Source of the DNA: Octopus sinensis
Lineage: Eukaryota
Direction of reading: 5' to 3'
DNA length: 64,000 bases
Assembly: GCF_006345805.1 (NCBI RefSeq)
Contig: NC_043002.1
Coordinates: forward strand, 72,664,001-72,728,000
Part shown: in pieces, positions 11,620-23,695 of the stretch
Layout of the letters: each line of letters begins with the position of its first letter
Position numbering within the stretch: position 1 is the first letter of the stretch
The notes under the pieces: model-generated
The model's database searches: none
Told to the model about the DNA's origin: nothing
Seen by the model: only the letters and a program-made list of their open reading frames with translations
Made by a program: the position numbers and the translations under genes

Positions 11620-12580
11620 TTCTTTCAGATGGAAATATTTTGGTGGTTGGAAGGTTGTATCTTTTGATGGTGTGAATGAGTTTTCAGTTTTGTTCCCTAC
11701 CGTTAGTGTTTAGTTGTGTTGAGATTTAACATATTATGGAAGAAGTTGACTGTCCCATTATTAGTTACTATGATAATAAACGCTCTTTCTTTAAAGATAC
11801 TAAATAAGTTTTTTCGCTATATTTATGCCCGTTTATTTTGCTAGAAATAACTAAAACGTTATCGCTATGCATGCTTAAATCTCCTAAGATCCACTTGTAG
11901 AAATAATCTAAGGGCGTAGCGAGGAGGAGGTTGTTATTTGCATCTAGAGTTATAATTAATTTTATTAAACCTGCTTGTCTATTTGATGTTCGACAAAAAA
12001 ATGTCTATAGGCAATATACACGCAAGAATAATTAAAGAAACATCGAAATTATTAGGAATAAAATTTGCCTAGAAGTACAGTTTTCGTTGTAAGTAAGAAA
12101 CAAGATGAACTGAACACCACATATTTGTTGTGCACAGTGCAATGCTGTCTTAGCAGTTTGACTGAAAAGTAAAAGAAATAATGTCATTCGCAATTGCCGT
12201 GTTTAATGTGAGGTTACAAATTAAATGGGTGATACCTTTGGTTGTTAAAAATAACAAAAATACATCGAACGTTGATATCTTTTAGCTGTTTCAATCTTCT
12301 GACTGCGGTCATGCTAGGGTTTAAAATTTTTCATGGATACATAGAGCTAAAACCTATTGTGAACTGGCAGGTAATATGATAAAATATTATGAAAGAAAAC
12401 GATGGTGGATGTTCCTTGAATTTTATTTTTTATATTCTTCACTTCTTCCTTACCAAACTTGGGGCTATAATTGAAGAGCATGGTACAAATTTCCACTAGC
12501 AGATCTCTGTTGTGGAAAGCAGAAATGGGAACTTCAATCGAAATATAATGCTTGATTCTAACAGAAAGAGAGCTCTTTCA
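11620..12580 (+). pseudogene. Heavily decayed DNA-transposon transposase remnant (superfamily not assigned)
   Basis: Manual translation gives WKYFGGWKVVS, TYCELAGNMIKYY..MFLEFYFL and HFFLTKLGAIIEEHGTNFH*QISVVESR. These resemble a transposase family I recall with the motifs WNICGDLKVV and HFLHSHLDFFPENLGAVSDEHGERFHQDI. Confidence 0.5.
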
Positions 12581-13116
12581 ATGATTATGTGTCCAGAATG
12601 CCAGTTCGCTGGTGAAATATTACGGTGTGTCTGAAGAGCAACCCTCTTAATATTATTTAAATCAAACCAACATAAAGCATGGCACAGGCAAGTAACTTAG
12701 TCTGTTGATGCAATAAATCCGAGAAACTAAGAAAACAGCGTGATACTTGGTTACACAAAATCTGGACACGATAAGGAAATCTAATTCACAGATCTGAATT
12801 CAACATCACGGATTTAGTAGGGAACGGTAATTCTTGTCTGTAACAGAGAAAAGTTGAGATTTTCTTACAAATGTAATCAATAGCATTAAGTTAATTTAAC
12901 ATATACGTCTCTTATCCATATGTTACTTTGAATAAATGGCCTTTGCCTTAATTGAATGATTAGCTACGGAAACTGTTTCATATAAAGTCCTGTTTCAGTG
13001 TCAAAAAATGATAGCTGCAGGTTTCAACTGATCAAGAGATCATAAAATCATTCCATAAGTGATTATATCTCTCTGCACGCAGTATTTAAAAAAAAATTTT
13101 TTTTTATTTTTTTTTT

Positions 13117-13123
13117 GTTATTA

Positions 13124-13180
<57 letters not shown>

Positions 13181-13219
13181 TACTATTATTATTATTATTA
13201 TTATTACTATTACTATTAC

Positions 13220-13272
<53 letters not shown>
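13117..13272. repeat. (ATT)n microsatellite
   Basis: Directly visible. Confidence 0.98.
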
Positions 13273-13273
<1 letters not shown>

Positions 13274-14065
13274 GGGGTCGAGCTGGCAGAAACGTTAGCA
13301 CGCCGGGCGAAATGCTGAACGGTATTTCGTCTGCGATTACGTTCTGAGTTCAAATTTCGCCGAGGTCGACTTTGCCTTTCATCCATTCGGGGTCGATTAA
13401 ATAAGTACCAGTTACGCAGTGGGGTCGATATAATCGACTCGATCCGTTTGTCTGTCCTTGTTTGTCCCCTCTATGTTTAGCCCCTTGTGGCTAGTAAAGA
13501 AATAGTTATTTCGTCTGCCGCTACGTTCTGAGATCAAATTCTGCCGAGGTCGACTTTGCCTTTCATCCTTTCGGGGTCGATAAATTAAGTACCAGTTACG
13601 CACTGGGGTCGATGTAATCGACTTAATCTGTTTGTCTGCCCTTGTTTGGCCCCTCTGTGTTTAGCCCCTTGTGGGTAGTAAAGAAATAGGTAGTAAAGAA
13701 ATAGGTATTTCGTCTGCCGCTACGTTCTGAGTTCAAATTCCGCCGAGGTCGACTTTGCCTTTCATCCTTTCGGGGTCGATTAAATAAGTACCAGTTACGC
13801 ACTGGGGTTGATATAATCGACTTAATCCGTTTGTCCCCTCTGTGTTTAGCCCCTTGTGGGCAATAAAGAAATAAAAATCGTAAGCACGTCGGAAGAAATG
13901 CTTAGTGGAAGTTCGTCTGTGTTTACGCTCTTTGTTTAAATTCCTCCGAGGTCGACTTTGTCTTTTAACCTTTCGGTGTCGATAAAATAAATACCAGTTG
14001 AGCACTGGGGTCGATGCAATTGACTTACCCACCCTTGAAATTGATGGCCTTGTGCCAAAATTTGA
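13273..14065 (+). mobile_element. SINE family B, tandem array of about four 190-bp units
   Basis: Repeated gttctgagttcaaatt..ccgaggtcgactttgcctttcatcctttcggggtcgat..aagtaccag; B-box-like gagttcaaattc. Confidence 0.88.
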
Positions 14066-14174
14066 AATCAATTATGAGGAGTCTTCGAAATTGAGAAACG
14101 TTAGTAACATACAATTTTAGGATACCCATATTATCGGGATTGATAAAATAAGTACCATTCGAATGCTGTGGGCT

Positions 14175-15360
14175 TGTAGCTGTGTACAGTCGTGAGGTGC
14201 TTTGGAAGATCATGGAAAAGTTCGGCTGCCCAGACAAATTAGTGCAACAGTTTATTGATAGCAGGCTCACTTGGGTGCTGGGCCGTGGAGATTCTTCTGA
14301 CGCATTCCCAGTCACTGAGTGAAGTAGGGCTGTGTACTCGCACCTATGCAGCTTAGCATGATGTTCTCGACCATGATGTCAGATGTTTTCCACAACATCG
14401 ATGAAACCAGAGCCAAGATCAGATTAAGGACTCATGGCAGACTCTTCAGCCTGCGAAGACTACAGGCGAATAACAAGGTGAAAGAAGACTCAGTGCATGA
14501 CGTCCTGATTGCAGATGATTGCACACTCAACACTGCCACTGAGGCTCAGATGCAACAGAGTATTAACTGTTTTCCCACTGCCTGCAACAACTTTGGCCTC
14601 ATGATCAGTACTCAAAAGACAGAGCCTATGTACCAACCTGCTCAACAAATGCAACGTGTTAAACCAACTGTCCCTGTCGGAGAGGGGAAACCTTGAAGGC
14701 TGTTAGTAAGTTCATGCACCTCAGCAGCACACATTCCAGTTCTGAGAATATTGATAATGAAGCCAACACACACATCGCAAAGGGTATCTCAGCACTTGGA
14801 TGGCTGTTAGGAAAAGACAGCCATGAGGCTGGCTACCAAGCAGAAGGTGCACCAAGCAGTTGTACTCCCTACACTACTGTATGCCTGTGAGAAGTGGGCT
14901 GCACCAAACAGCTTCCACATGAACTGTCTGAGAATGCTGTTGAAAATCCCCTGGCAAGATAAGGTCACAGACAAGGAGGTTGTCTGCCGAGGTGTTGAGG
15001 AGAGAGTAGATCAGGTGGGCCGGGCACCTCGTTCAAATGATTGACGCACGATCTCCCCTCCAAAAACAAAACTGTTTCACAACGAACTGGCGGAAGGAAA
15101 GCGTACGCAAGGTGATCAGAAAAAAAGGGCTTCAAGGATACACTCAAAGCCTCACTGAAGTGCTTTGATATTAACCCCGACCCTTGGGAAATGCAAGAAC
15201 AAGCCCACCCTTCATGGTGAAACTGAGCCAGCAAGGGTACCACATACAAACAGAATAGGTTCGCAGGAGCACAAAAACGCGACCTACGAAAATCCATACC
15301 CAACTCCTTGTCTTCAGTCCTAGAAGACCACCAATGCCCGAGCTGCGGTAGAGCTTTAGC
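14175..15360 (+). mobile_element. RTE (BovB-like) LINE RT and C-terminal fragment, decayed
   Basis: GRLFSLRRLQA..LIADDCTL..FGLMISTQKTE, VVLPTLLYACEKW, terminal CPSCGR zinc-finger remnant. Confidence 0.85.
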
Positions 15361-15527
15361 GGCCGCGAGAAAAGCCTTTGTGGTTGCGTATATAACAAGT
15401 TCGCTTTGCATCCACGCGGTTCCATGTTCGAACACACTGCGATGCACTGTGACTAAACTTTGTTGGATGGAAGCTGTACAGAAGTTCATCAAACACAAAC
15501 ACATATGTATGTATGTATATATATATA

Positions 15528-15896
15528 TCTCTATATATAAACGGCAGTTTGTCTGTGTGTGTTTCTGTGTGTCTGTTAGGTTGTACCCTCACCCTGACCA
15601 CGGCTTTCAACCGATTCTGATGAAACTTGACACACACATAGCCCAATGTCATAATTCAAAACTAACGCAGCGAAAATTTTGAAATGTTCCCCCAGTTCTG
15701 AAAAAAATCGATAAATTCGACATGGGGTCGAGAATCAGAAACCCAAACCACAGACTGTCTAGGGGACGCAACTCGACCTTTTTAACTAAAAAAAAATTTA
15801 CCATCATTTTTTTTCCATTTTTTGGCTATAACTCTCTAAAAATGCTTTATAGTTATTTCCCTTACAAACCCGAGCAACGCCGGGCGATACTGCTAG
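15528..15896 (+). mobile_element. Non-autonomous Helitron-like element
   Basis: 5' TC, 3' CTAG, inserted between A and T, subterminal CCCG..CGGG hairpin (cccgagcaacgccggg); last about 70 bp shared with 41253-41766. Confidence 0.75.
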
Positions 15897-16435
15897 TATA
15901 TATTAAACGGCGATGCATCAGCATGGCCGCAGCTCTGAGCTGAAACTAGAGAGAGAAAAAATATATATATAAGAGAGATAGAGAGAGAGAGGAAGCGAGA
16001 GAGCGAAAGAGACAGACAAAAAGAAAGACAGAAAGAAGAGGAAGAGAGAGAATGGCTGTAATAATATATTTCTTTGATATATTAATCAATTGAAATGATT
16101 GTGCCGGCAGTAGAATTGTTGGGTAGCCAGAAACCAGTTTTGATGGAGCTGACCTCTCCTTCCGGTATCATCTTGTTAATTTAAGGTTAAGTACAACAGC
16201 ATTATCTAATGTGTCATTTCTTTATTTCAGACGGTGTAGTTTTATTTAAGGGAGATTTGGTTGCTATTTCTAACAGCAACGGAGACGGTCAGACAGACTG
16301 TTGCAAAGCACTTATTAAACAACGACGAACAATGGCTAATCAACCAATCACCATTCACTGTAATAATGATTTCAAACTTTGACACAAGGCCAGCAATTTC
16401 GGGATGGGGTGATTAAGTCGATTATAGTGACTCCA

Positions 16436-16508
16436 GCCGAGATAGCTCAGTTGGGAGAGCGTTAGACTGCAGATCTAAAGGTCTCTGGTTCGCTTCCGAG
16501 TTTCAGAA
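16436..16508 (+). pseudogene. tRNA-Phe-derived pseudogene carrying a GCA (Cys) anticodon
   Basis: GCCGAGATAGCTCAGTTGGGAGAGCGTTAGACT-GCA-GATCTAAAGGTCTCTGGTTCGCTTCCGAGTTTCAGAA against the metazoan tRNA-Phe(GAA) sequence. Two acceptor-stem mismatches, one T-stem mismatch and A58>C; T-runs downstream. Confidence 0.85.
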
Positions 16509-16879
16509 GTGTGTGCACGCTTGTTTATTTACGTTTTGTTTTTGTTTTTTACTTATTCAAAAACGCTTTTCTTGTGTGTGTCTTTACAAGGACGATTGGA
16601 TCCATATACCTAACAGGATTTCCAATTATTCATGTACGTAAGTGTGTGTGTGTGTGTGTGTAAACAGGAAAAATAGGATAAGCACTTTTTCTGAGTATAA
16701 ATAGAAACAAAGTCGACTTTGCCGTTCATCGTTGCGGGAAATATGAAATAAGAACAACTGATTGTACATTATCTACGCCATCAACACAGCTCTACTTTCA
16801 TTTAGAAACAAATTAAAATAAACACATTATTGACTTAGCAGGCACGTATGAAAGGCACTTTCATTTCTGACCAAGGATT

Positions 16880-17200
16880 GACCAACTTTTTTGTCTTCCT
16901 TCTACGAAGGAAGATAAGGTTAGAAAAGAAGTGTCTTTCATCGGACAGATTCGGTAAAAGGTGGATGCAAGTGGATCGCATGTTGGGAATGAATGGTCCT
17001 ACGTGAGTGCTATCCAGGAAAAGTTAAAACAAAAGGTTCAGTGGTGGAACGTGTCTTGCAGAGTCGGAACAGTTCCCCCACTGTGTTGTGATATGTCTGT
17101 CCCTTCATTCGTTTTATATTATCATAACATTTTTAGATACACTTTTGTGTAACAACATTCGGTACCCAGACCCATTTGTACTGTCCCCTTGTGGTTGGAA
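16880..17200 (+). mobile_element. Possible L1/Tx1-type LINE 3' end remnant
   Basis: Translation KIRLEKKCLSSDRFGKRWMQVDRML resembles Tx1-type ORF2 C-termini; AATAAA near 17199. Confidence 0.4.
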
Positions 17201-17454
17201 TAAAATGTATTCGCTATTTCTCCGTTCTGTTGATGTATTATACTGAAAGTTGCTGGTTATTGTTAATTTAATTGTTGAATTTGTTGTTGTTTCATTTGTT
17301 GTGTGTTTTTTTAAAAAAAAACACCTTGTTTTATCGCGTTTAGCAGAATTTTGAACGTTATTCCCCTCTTGAGGAGGGGAATTATTTATTCTCTTGTGCA
17401 AGGGCTTCTCTCCAACCCAAAAGAAAAAAATATATGAGGAAACCAATTTTAAAA

Positions 17455-18314
17455 TGCCTTCTGATAAAGTTTTGAACATGCCGTCGGGCGAAGAATTTTT
17501 GAACGGAAAAATTGTTGAAACAATTGAGTCTAATTTCGCTGCAGTAGCAAGACTAAAAGGAAAACCTTAAACATGACAAATGAATTGTTAAACCAATTCA
17601 AAAATATGTTCGAGAGGGAGGGGTATGATTTGAAAGCCACCTTTCTGAGTTAATTGAAAACACGGCAAAAAAATTGTTTTTAAATGTCTGAACATTAAAA
17701 CTAAAAAGTTGGATAATGCGTGAAGAGAGGGGGTCGAGAAATGCTTGCAACCAATATGGTGGGACATTGCATTTATCACCAAAGGTCGCAAATTTGCAAC
17801 CATTATCGTCCACCTAAAAAGTGAAGGGCGAAGGAGCTTTCAGTAATAGTACTGCTACTGACTGATTTAGGTAGACATACCTAAATATATCACAGTGGAG
17901 GAAATTCCACCAGAAATAGATGTAACATGACTCTGCGCTGCTCTAATCATGGGCCTCGAGGATAAAATAACAATTCTCGAGGTTAGTAAAATAGAGCAGC
18001 AACATTGGAAGGAACAAGGGCTAGAGATCATGATTCAAGCAGCTCAACAAACTCTTCAAGAGATAGTGGAAAACATCGTGATTAATGAGGAAACTACGTT
18101 GAGAGTGACGGTGGAGAGTAAGAGGCCACGGTGCTTCGAATGTGGGGGAAAAGGCCACATTCGGGTAAACTGCCCCGCCCTTAAAGAAGAAACAGCGCCG
18201 CCAGCAGAGTCTCCAACAAAAATCATAAAAGAGGAGACCATACCATCAACCGAAAACAAGGAAGACAATGAAGGATGGACTAATGTAACCCATAAAAAGA
18301 AAAAAAGTCCCTAA
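17455..18314 (+). pseudogene. LINE ORF1 (gag-like) remnant with CCHC zinc knuckle, probably L1/Tx1 group
   Basis: RPRCFECGGKGHIRVNCP (Cx2Cx4Hx4C) in ORF 17949-18314, followed by GWTNVTHKKKK; upstream part disrupted. Confidence 0.7.
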
Positions 18315-19329
18315 AAGAAAAACTGTCAACCTCACCCCTTCAACTTCCAGCAAAAGAAAAACACCCCCATCCGCAGACACACATGACCCCCCCCCCCCAC
18401 TTCAACCCAAACATGGACCCCAAAAAATCACCTGTAGAATCTACCAGTCTCGAAAAATATTTCCCCTCCCAACTAGAAACGAACCTGATAGCAGTGAATG
18501 CTAACAACCAGGCATTAAGAAAAAGATCCCATTTGTAACTGATGGTATAAAAACGATACAAGCATACCGGCTACAAGAAATGAACAGACGAAAAGTGGTT
18601 TGTGTCACCAATAAAAAAAAAAACAGCCATCAACCACGATCACAATCATGTATGTATGCTTTACATTAGCAAGAACATATAGATCTCAAATCAGTTTGTA
18701 TGTGTACTTGTGTAACTACTGCATCGAGAAGGTCATTGTTGGTAACGACCGACAACAAAGCAGAAGTGACTTGTATTAGAAACTGTTTTACGGTGAGTTG
18801 ACCCTATTATTACTGTACCCACATCGGATCATATTTTTAAACAGACTGAACAACATCCAGCTGCTGGGAGGATTCTATCAAGAAGCTTTGCAAGATGGCT
18901 CTCCTGCCAAACATGATTGAGAGGTTTGCTGCTGCCAAACTTCCCGAGGCCGTCGTCGGTTGCATGTTACAAACTACCTGTTTTAAAGTAATGTAAATAA
19001 GAACCTTCCATCAAAATTTCATGTTAATTTATGTCTTAAACACCAGCTTAATGATAACAATGTAATTTTATTAAATTCTAAGTTATACTCAAAATGAATT
19101 AAAACACAGGCAGTGTACTTCAACAGAAATACGCTAATAAAAGGGTCGACAGATTTGCTTCTGCTACTGATCTCAAGAACAGAGACTACAGCTGTGTGCA
19201 TGTTCATTGTCTTTCTCTCCTTTCTTCATATTCTGTTTCTCTCAAACTATCTCTCCTTGGCTCTCCTACCTCATTCCCCACATTTCTCTTTTTCTATGTG
19301 TTCTACTCCCTCACGCTTTACAGATAAAT

Positions 19330-19640
19330 CATCAACACCTTCGCCTTTGTCTATTCGCCATTAAAGAGCAAAAGTCCGAAACATTATCCACCATCTTTCC
19401 AGTAAGTCAGCTCCTTATTTCGAATTCTCTGCTACCCGTGAACATGATAAACCAATCAAAACAAAACAAAAAAAAACAACAGTGCAGCACCCTTGACTTT
19501 CAGAAACATTTTTCTCGTGTTCAGAATTGTCGAAACATGGAAAAAAACTACCCGCGTCAGGACATTGTATCCTTTAAAAATTCCATGCTTCCCAGAATTC
19601 ACCACTACTACTTCTGATGTGCCTCTGCGTTCTTTCCTCT
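19330..19640 (+). mobile_element. CR1-like LINE 3' fragment, decayed
   Basis: FRNIFLVFRIVETW..SFKNSMLP resembles the RKHFFSxRVVxxWNxLP C-terminal motif. Confidence 0.55.
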
Positions 19641-19644
19641 TTAT

Positions 19645-20015
19645 GGATATCATCATTACTCTTTTACTTGTTTCAGTCATTTGACTGTGGCCATGCTGGA
19701 GCACCACCTTTAGTCGAGGAAATCTACCCCAGGACTTATTCCTTGTAAGCCTAGTACTTATTTTATCGGTCTCTTTTTGCCGAACCGCTAAGTTACATAC
19801 CAGCATCGGTTGTCAAGCGATGTTGGGGGGAGGGGGCAAACACACACACATATATATATACATATACATTTATACGACGGGGTTTTTTTTTTCAGTTTCC
19901 GTCTACCAAATCCACTCACAAGGCTTTGGTCGGCCCGAGGCTATAGTAGAAGACACTTGCCCAAGGTTCCACGCAGTGGGACTGAATCCGGAACCATGTG
20001 GTTGGTAAGCAAGCT
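19645..20015 (-). mobile_element. SINE family A
   Basis: Reverse complement of the 60356-60750 family, CpGs retained. Confidence 0.9.
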
Positions 20016-20699
20016 ACTCCTGCTCATTTTTCAGTCGTTTCGTGTTTTATTTTGTGTACCGTGCATGCACGTTTTGCTATCGTTGCTGGTTTTCTATATA
20101 TGAATTATTGTTGCTTTCTGTCCTCTCTTTTACTCTTATCCAATCAGATGTACATCTAAGCACTGTACACTATAAGTTCATTATCAGCTTGGCTTTCCAC
20201 ACTTCATGGCAATCGAAATCAACCTCATTCTATAAATTGTTCTCTAACATGTAACGATAAGAATATTTCTGAGCGTGTGTCAGTAGTGTGATGATTTGAT
20301 TGAGTTCATGTCGATGGAAAAGAACACAAATTCCGTTAAGATTTTGAATACAAAAATATAAATTTTTATCGTTAACAAATTATGTACTGTCGTTACTACT
20401 AACGATTAAGAAATGATGTCTACACCAAGCTAATAGATCAATGTTTGTATGAGACGTTGTTGCGATCGAAAATGGTGCTAACTGTCATCATGTAATCCTA
20501 GCAGCTAGATGGTCTAAGCTGAATATTCGTCGTCGTCATTGTTGTTCATTGGTCTTGGCTGACGTACGGACACAGCTCACAGCTGACCAGTTTAAAGCGT
20601 GCGTCACTACTTCTGCAAGCAGAGATACAGTTGCATTTAGAACTGTTTCTTTCCAAAAGAAAACGGCACCAAAAGATAAAATTGTTAATGAGATGCTGT

Positions 20700-21304
20700 T
20701 GTAGTGATCCTATACAACGGCGCGCGCTCGCGCACCGTCCATTTTCTATTTCGCGCGTGTTGGTGCCTTTACCAAGAGAGAGAGAGGAAGGGCCCTCTCG
20801 CGCATGCGCGAAGCACCGGAAGAAGAACCCTTTTGCCTACGTAGCAGTTAGCCGAGGCAAGGGGGTCGTAAGACGTTGACCACCAGCGTCCAGCAAGCAG
20901 CGACTTGAGACAGCAGCGACTGAAGGCGACGGTCACGTATATTTTCTCTCCGTCCGAACTAGATTCTAGCAGCACCTTACCAAAAGGCCTTTAACCAAAT
21001 TGTTGCAGACAACATCGTCTCCATTGTTCGCCGCCATCTTTGACCAGTGTCGTTTTGCATTTGAACACGTTCTTATTTTACAGCGATAAGGTTCAGCACT
21101 GACACATTTATACCAAAGGGATACCAGATAACCACTTATTGTTACTGTTACCACATTAGAGAATAAAGTAGTATATATATCTTTTACGTCTGCGTCTTGT
21201 TGTTTCTGACTGGTAGAATTCTGGATAATTAAAGCAACGGCTAGTGATTGCCTCTTGTACCCCGAAAGTACAAGAGAAGATATATTCACACTAAGTTCCT
21301 TACA
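20700..21304 (+). repeat. 5' LTR
   Basis: TGTAGTGATCC...CCTTACA; CpG-rich U3; AATAAA near 21162; perfect 9-bp hairpin CTCTTGTAC/GTACAAGAG near the 3' end. Confidence 0.95.
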
Positions 21305-21305
21305 G

Positions 21306-21325
21306 TGGTGACCCCCGACGTGATT
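21306..21325 (+). promoter_or_regulatory. Primer-binding site complementary to the tRNA-Trp 3' end
   Basis: TGGTGACCCCCGACGTGATT (one extra C) against tRNA-Trp ...AATCACGTCGGGGTCA-CCA. Confidence 0.9.
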
Positions 21326-22487
21326 CTGGTCTAAAACCAGAGATCACTTAACAACAAAGAAATCCAGTTTTTCTGCGAAGTCGGAACACGATTTAACTCT
21401 ACGCATTCATCTTTCGACGATTTGTTTCCTGTCACCACAAACAGTTATAGAAGGAGCCTCTTTCTTATTCTTCAACATGATGACGGACACCATCATATCA
21501 TCGATGTTTTTTCTCTGCCTTCGTCATCATCATCGTCGTCTTTCTACTTCACGTCGTCGTTATCTTCGTCGCCATCACCACTAAGAACAATGTTGTCTCA
21601 AGTCCACTACAGTTGCCTTCCACCACCACCGTCGCCTTTCAACACCGTCGACCTCCACAAGATGTACATAGCAACTCGCGGAACTTTAGCGTGCACGCTG
21701 TTTGTGCATATGCACACCAAGGATTAACAGCACCGTCTATCTGCGAGATTCTTCTGTAACGATTTAACATGTCACAGCATCGAAGCTACAACCGCTACAC
21801 ATTGTGTTCAACCGGCATCTGCATTTTGTGATTTCAACATTTCTGTTACAGAACGAACTGCTATTGTGCATCAGGCTATTACAGACTGGTAAATTAACTC
21901 TTGTCTGAAATAACCATGAGAGACATTTTTTCTATGCGCTGTATTTTTATTTATTTTTATTTTGCTTGCATTCACCTTGTATGTATTTCTGTCGCACACA
22001 CGTACACACACATAAATGCTATCTCGCACATACATACGTCACACATGCTTTTCTCGCTTGTTTTTTTTTCCATGCTAAATTTGCCTTTGGTAGACACACC
22101 TCATTTCTGTAGACCCTAGGGGTCACGTATACATAGAGAGGGTTGTTTGTCCATTATAACGCGCCGGCATGCCATACTTTTGTTCCTGTACGAACGAGGC
22201 ATATAATCGCTCAACCACTGGCATATTCATTGCTGTTTTTTCGGTCTGGCAAGCTCTATTGCATTTCATGCGCCTTTGCTTCGCACGTGTATTGCCTTGT
22301 TTTTTGCAACACGTTGGCGTTAGCTTAATTCTTTTCCCGACTCATAGAATGTAGGATGTTCACATGCGCTGCGCCTATGTATGGGCGTAATTATTTTTCC
22401 CTGTTAGACTCCTGTTGGTCACGTAATTAACAGAGAAATTATCTGTGTCGCGCATCACACCAGCATGCTTGCACTTTTGCCTTTTGT

Positions 22488-22670
22488 GTTACTAGCGATC
22501 TATCTGTCGATTCCATTTCCTCTCCTGCAGCAATTGACTTAACTGCTATTTCGCAGGATCAACTACCTTTAGAGAAGTTGGATTTAATTTCGCCTAGGTT
22601 CATTAACTGTGAGTTTGCTTTCCTCCCGCTCCCTACAGCGGAAGGCTCTATACTTTGTGACGTATCCACT
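22488..22670 (+). pseudogene. Gypsy pol remnant (RNase H to integrase junction)
   Basis: VTSDLSVDSISSPAAIDLTAISQDQ..EGSILCDVST matches the ADALSR..IDL..Q..LCDVSTG junction motif. Confidence 0.65.
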
Positions 22671-22842
22671 TTCATGCATGCACTTTTGAATTTTGCTCAT
22701 ATTGAGTATTTTTTCCTTTAGTAAATTTCTTGTGTATGATGTAAATTTTGCCATTTTATTATATTGTGTGCTATTTTGGTTGTCTGGTATCCACCTTGAG
22801 TTTATAGTCACTACAGGGAATTTTGTGTCGTGCTTACGCACT

Positions 22843-22851
22843 GGGGTGGAG
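22843..22851 (+). promoter_or_regulatory. Polypurine tract
   Basis: GGGGTGGAG, 3 nt upstream of the 3' LTR. Confidence 0.75.
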
Positions 22852-22854
22852 CTC

Positions 22855-23460
22855 TGTAGTGATCCTATACAACGGCGCGCGCTCGCGCACCGTCCATTTT
22901 CTATTTCGCGCGTGTTGGTGCCTTTACCAAGAGAGAGAGAGGAAGGGCCCTCTCGCGCATGCGCGAAGCACCGGAAGAAGAACCCTTTTGCCTACGTAGC
23001 AGTTAGCCGAGGCAAGGGGGTCGTAAGACGTTGGCCACCAGCGTCCAGCAAGCAGCGACTTGAGACAGCAGCGACTGAAGGCGACGGTCACGTATATTTT
23101 CTCTCCGTCCGAACTAGATTCTAGCAGCACCTTACCAAAAGGCCTTTAACCAAATTGTTGCAGACCAACATCGTCTCCATTGTTCGCCGCCATCTTTGAC
23201 CAGTGTCGTTTTGCATTTGAACACTTTCTTATTTTACAGCGATAAGGTTCAGCACTGACACATTTATACCAAAGGGATACCAGATAACCACTTATTGTTA
23301 CTGTTACCACATTAGAGAATAAAGTAGTATATATATCTTTTACGTCTGCGTCTTGTTGTTTCTGACTGGTAGAATTCTGGATAATTAAAGCAACGGCTAG
23401 TGATTGCCTCTTGTACCCCGAAAGTACAAGAGAAGATATATTCACACTAAGATCGTTACA
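22855..23460 (+). repeat. 3' LTR
   Basis: TGTAGTGATCC...CGTTACA, near-identical to the 5' LTR. Confidence 0.95.
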
Positions 23461-23695
23461 CTGTTTTACAAGATGCTGACTAGTCAGTTTCTTGATTGAG
23501 CTATTCACGTTCGTCTTGTTTACGTGGTTTTTGCACCGAATACTGTGACCTGGTTTCGATTGCTAAGAAATAAGTTGATGTTTGGGACCACCAAATATTC
23601 CTGATACAGAATCATCAATTATTGCTAGTGATTAGGATGTGTGTATGCTTGTGTATTGTATAGTTATAAGTTGAAGAACGACTCCCACAAACATC

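Larger units (their letters stand above)
20700..23460 (+). mobile_element. Non-autonomous (internally deleted) Ty3/Gypsy LTR retrotransposon
   Basis: TG..CA LTRs of 605 and 606 bp differing by about 4 substitutions and 1 indel; 4-bp TSD CTGT (20696-20699, 23461-23464); PBS, PPT and a pol remnant in a 1.55-kb interior. Confidence 0.95.

Noticed and set aside
18842-18965. GC-richer unique island that could be a terminal exon (LNNIQLLGGFYQEALQDGSPAKHD*)
   Set aside because: Short, no recognisable domain, and no supporting neighbouring exons.
20288-20294. C-box-like GTGATGA (C/D snoRNA)
   Set aside because: No CTGA D-box or terminal stem within about 100 nt.
20700-21304. Hammerhead inside the LTR (plant-type LTR retrozyme)
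   Set aside because: No CTGANGA/GAAA pair found on either strand by eye.
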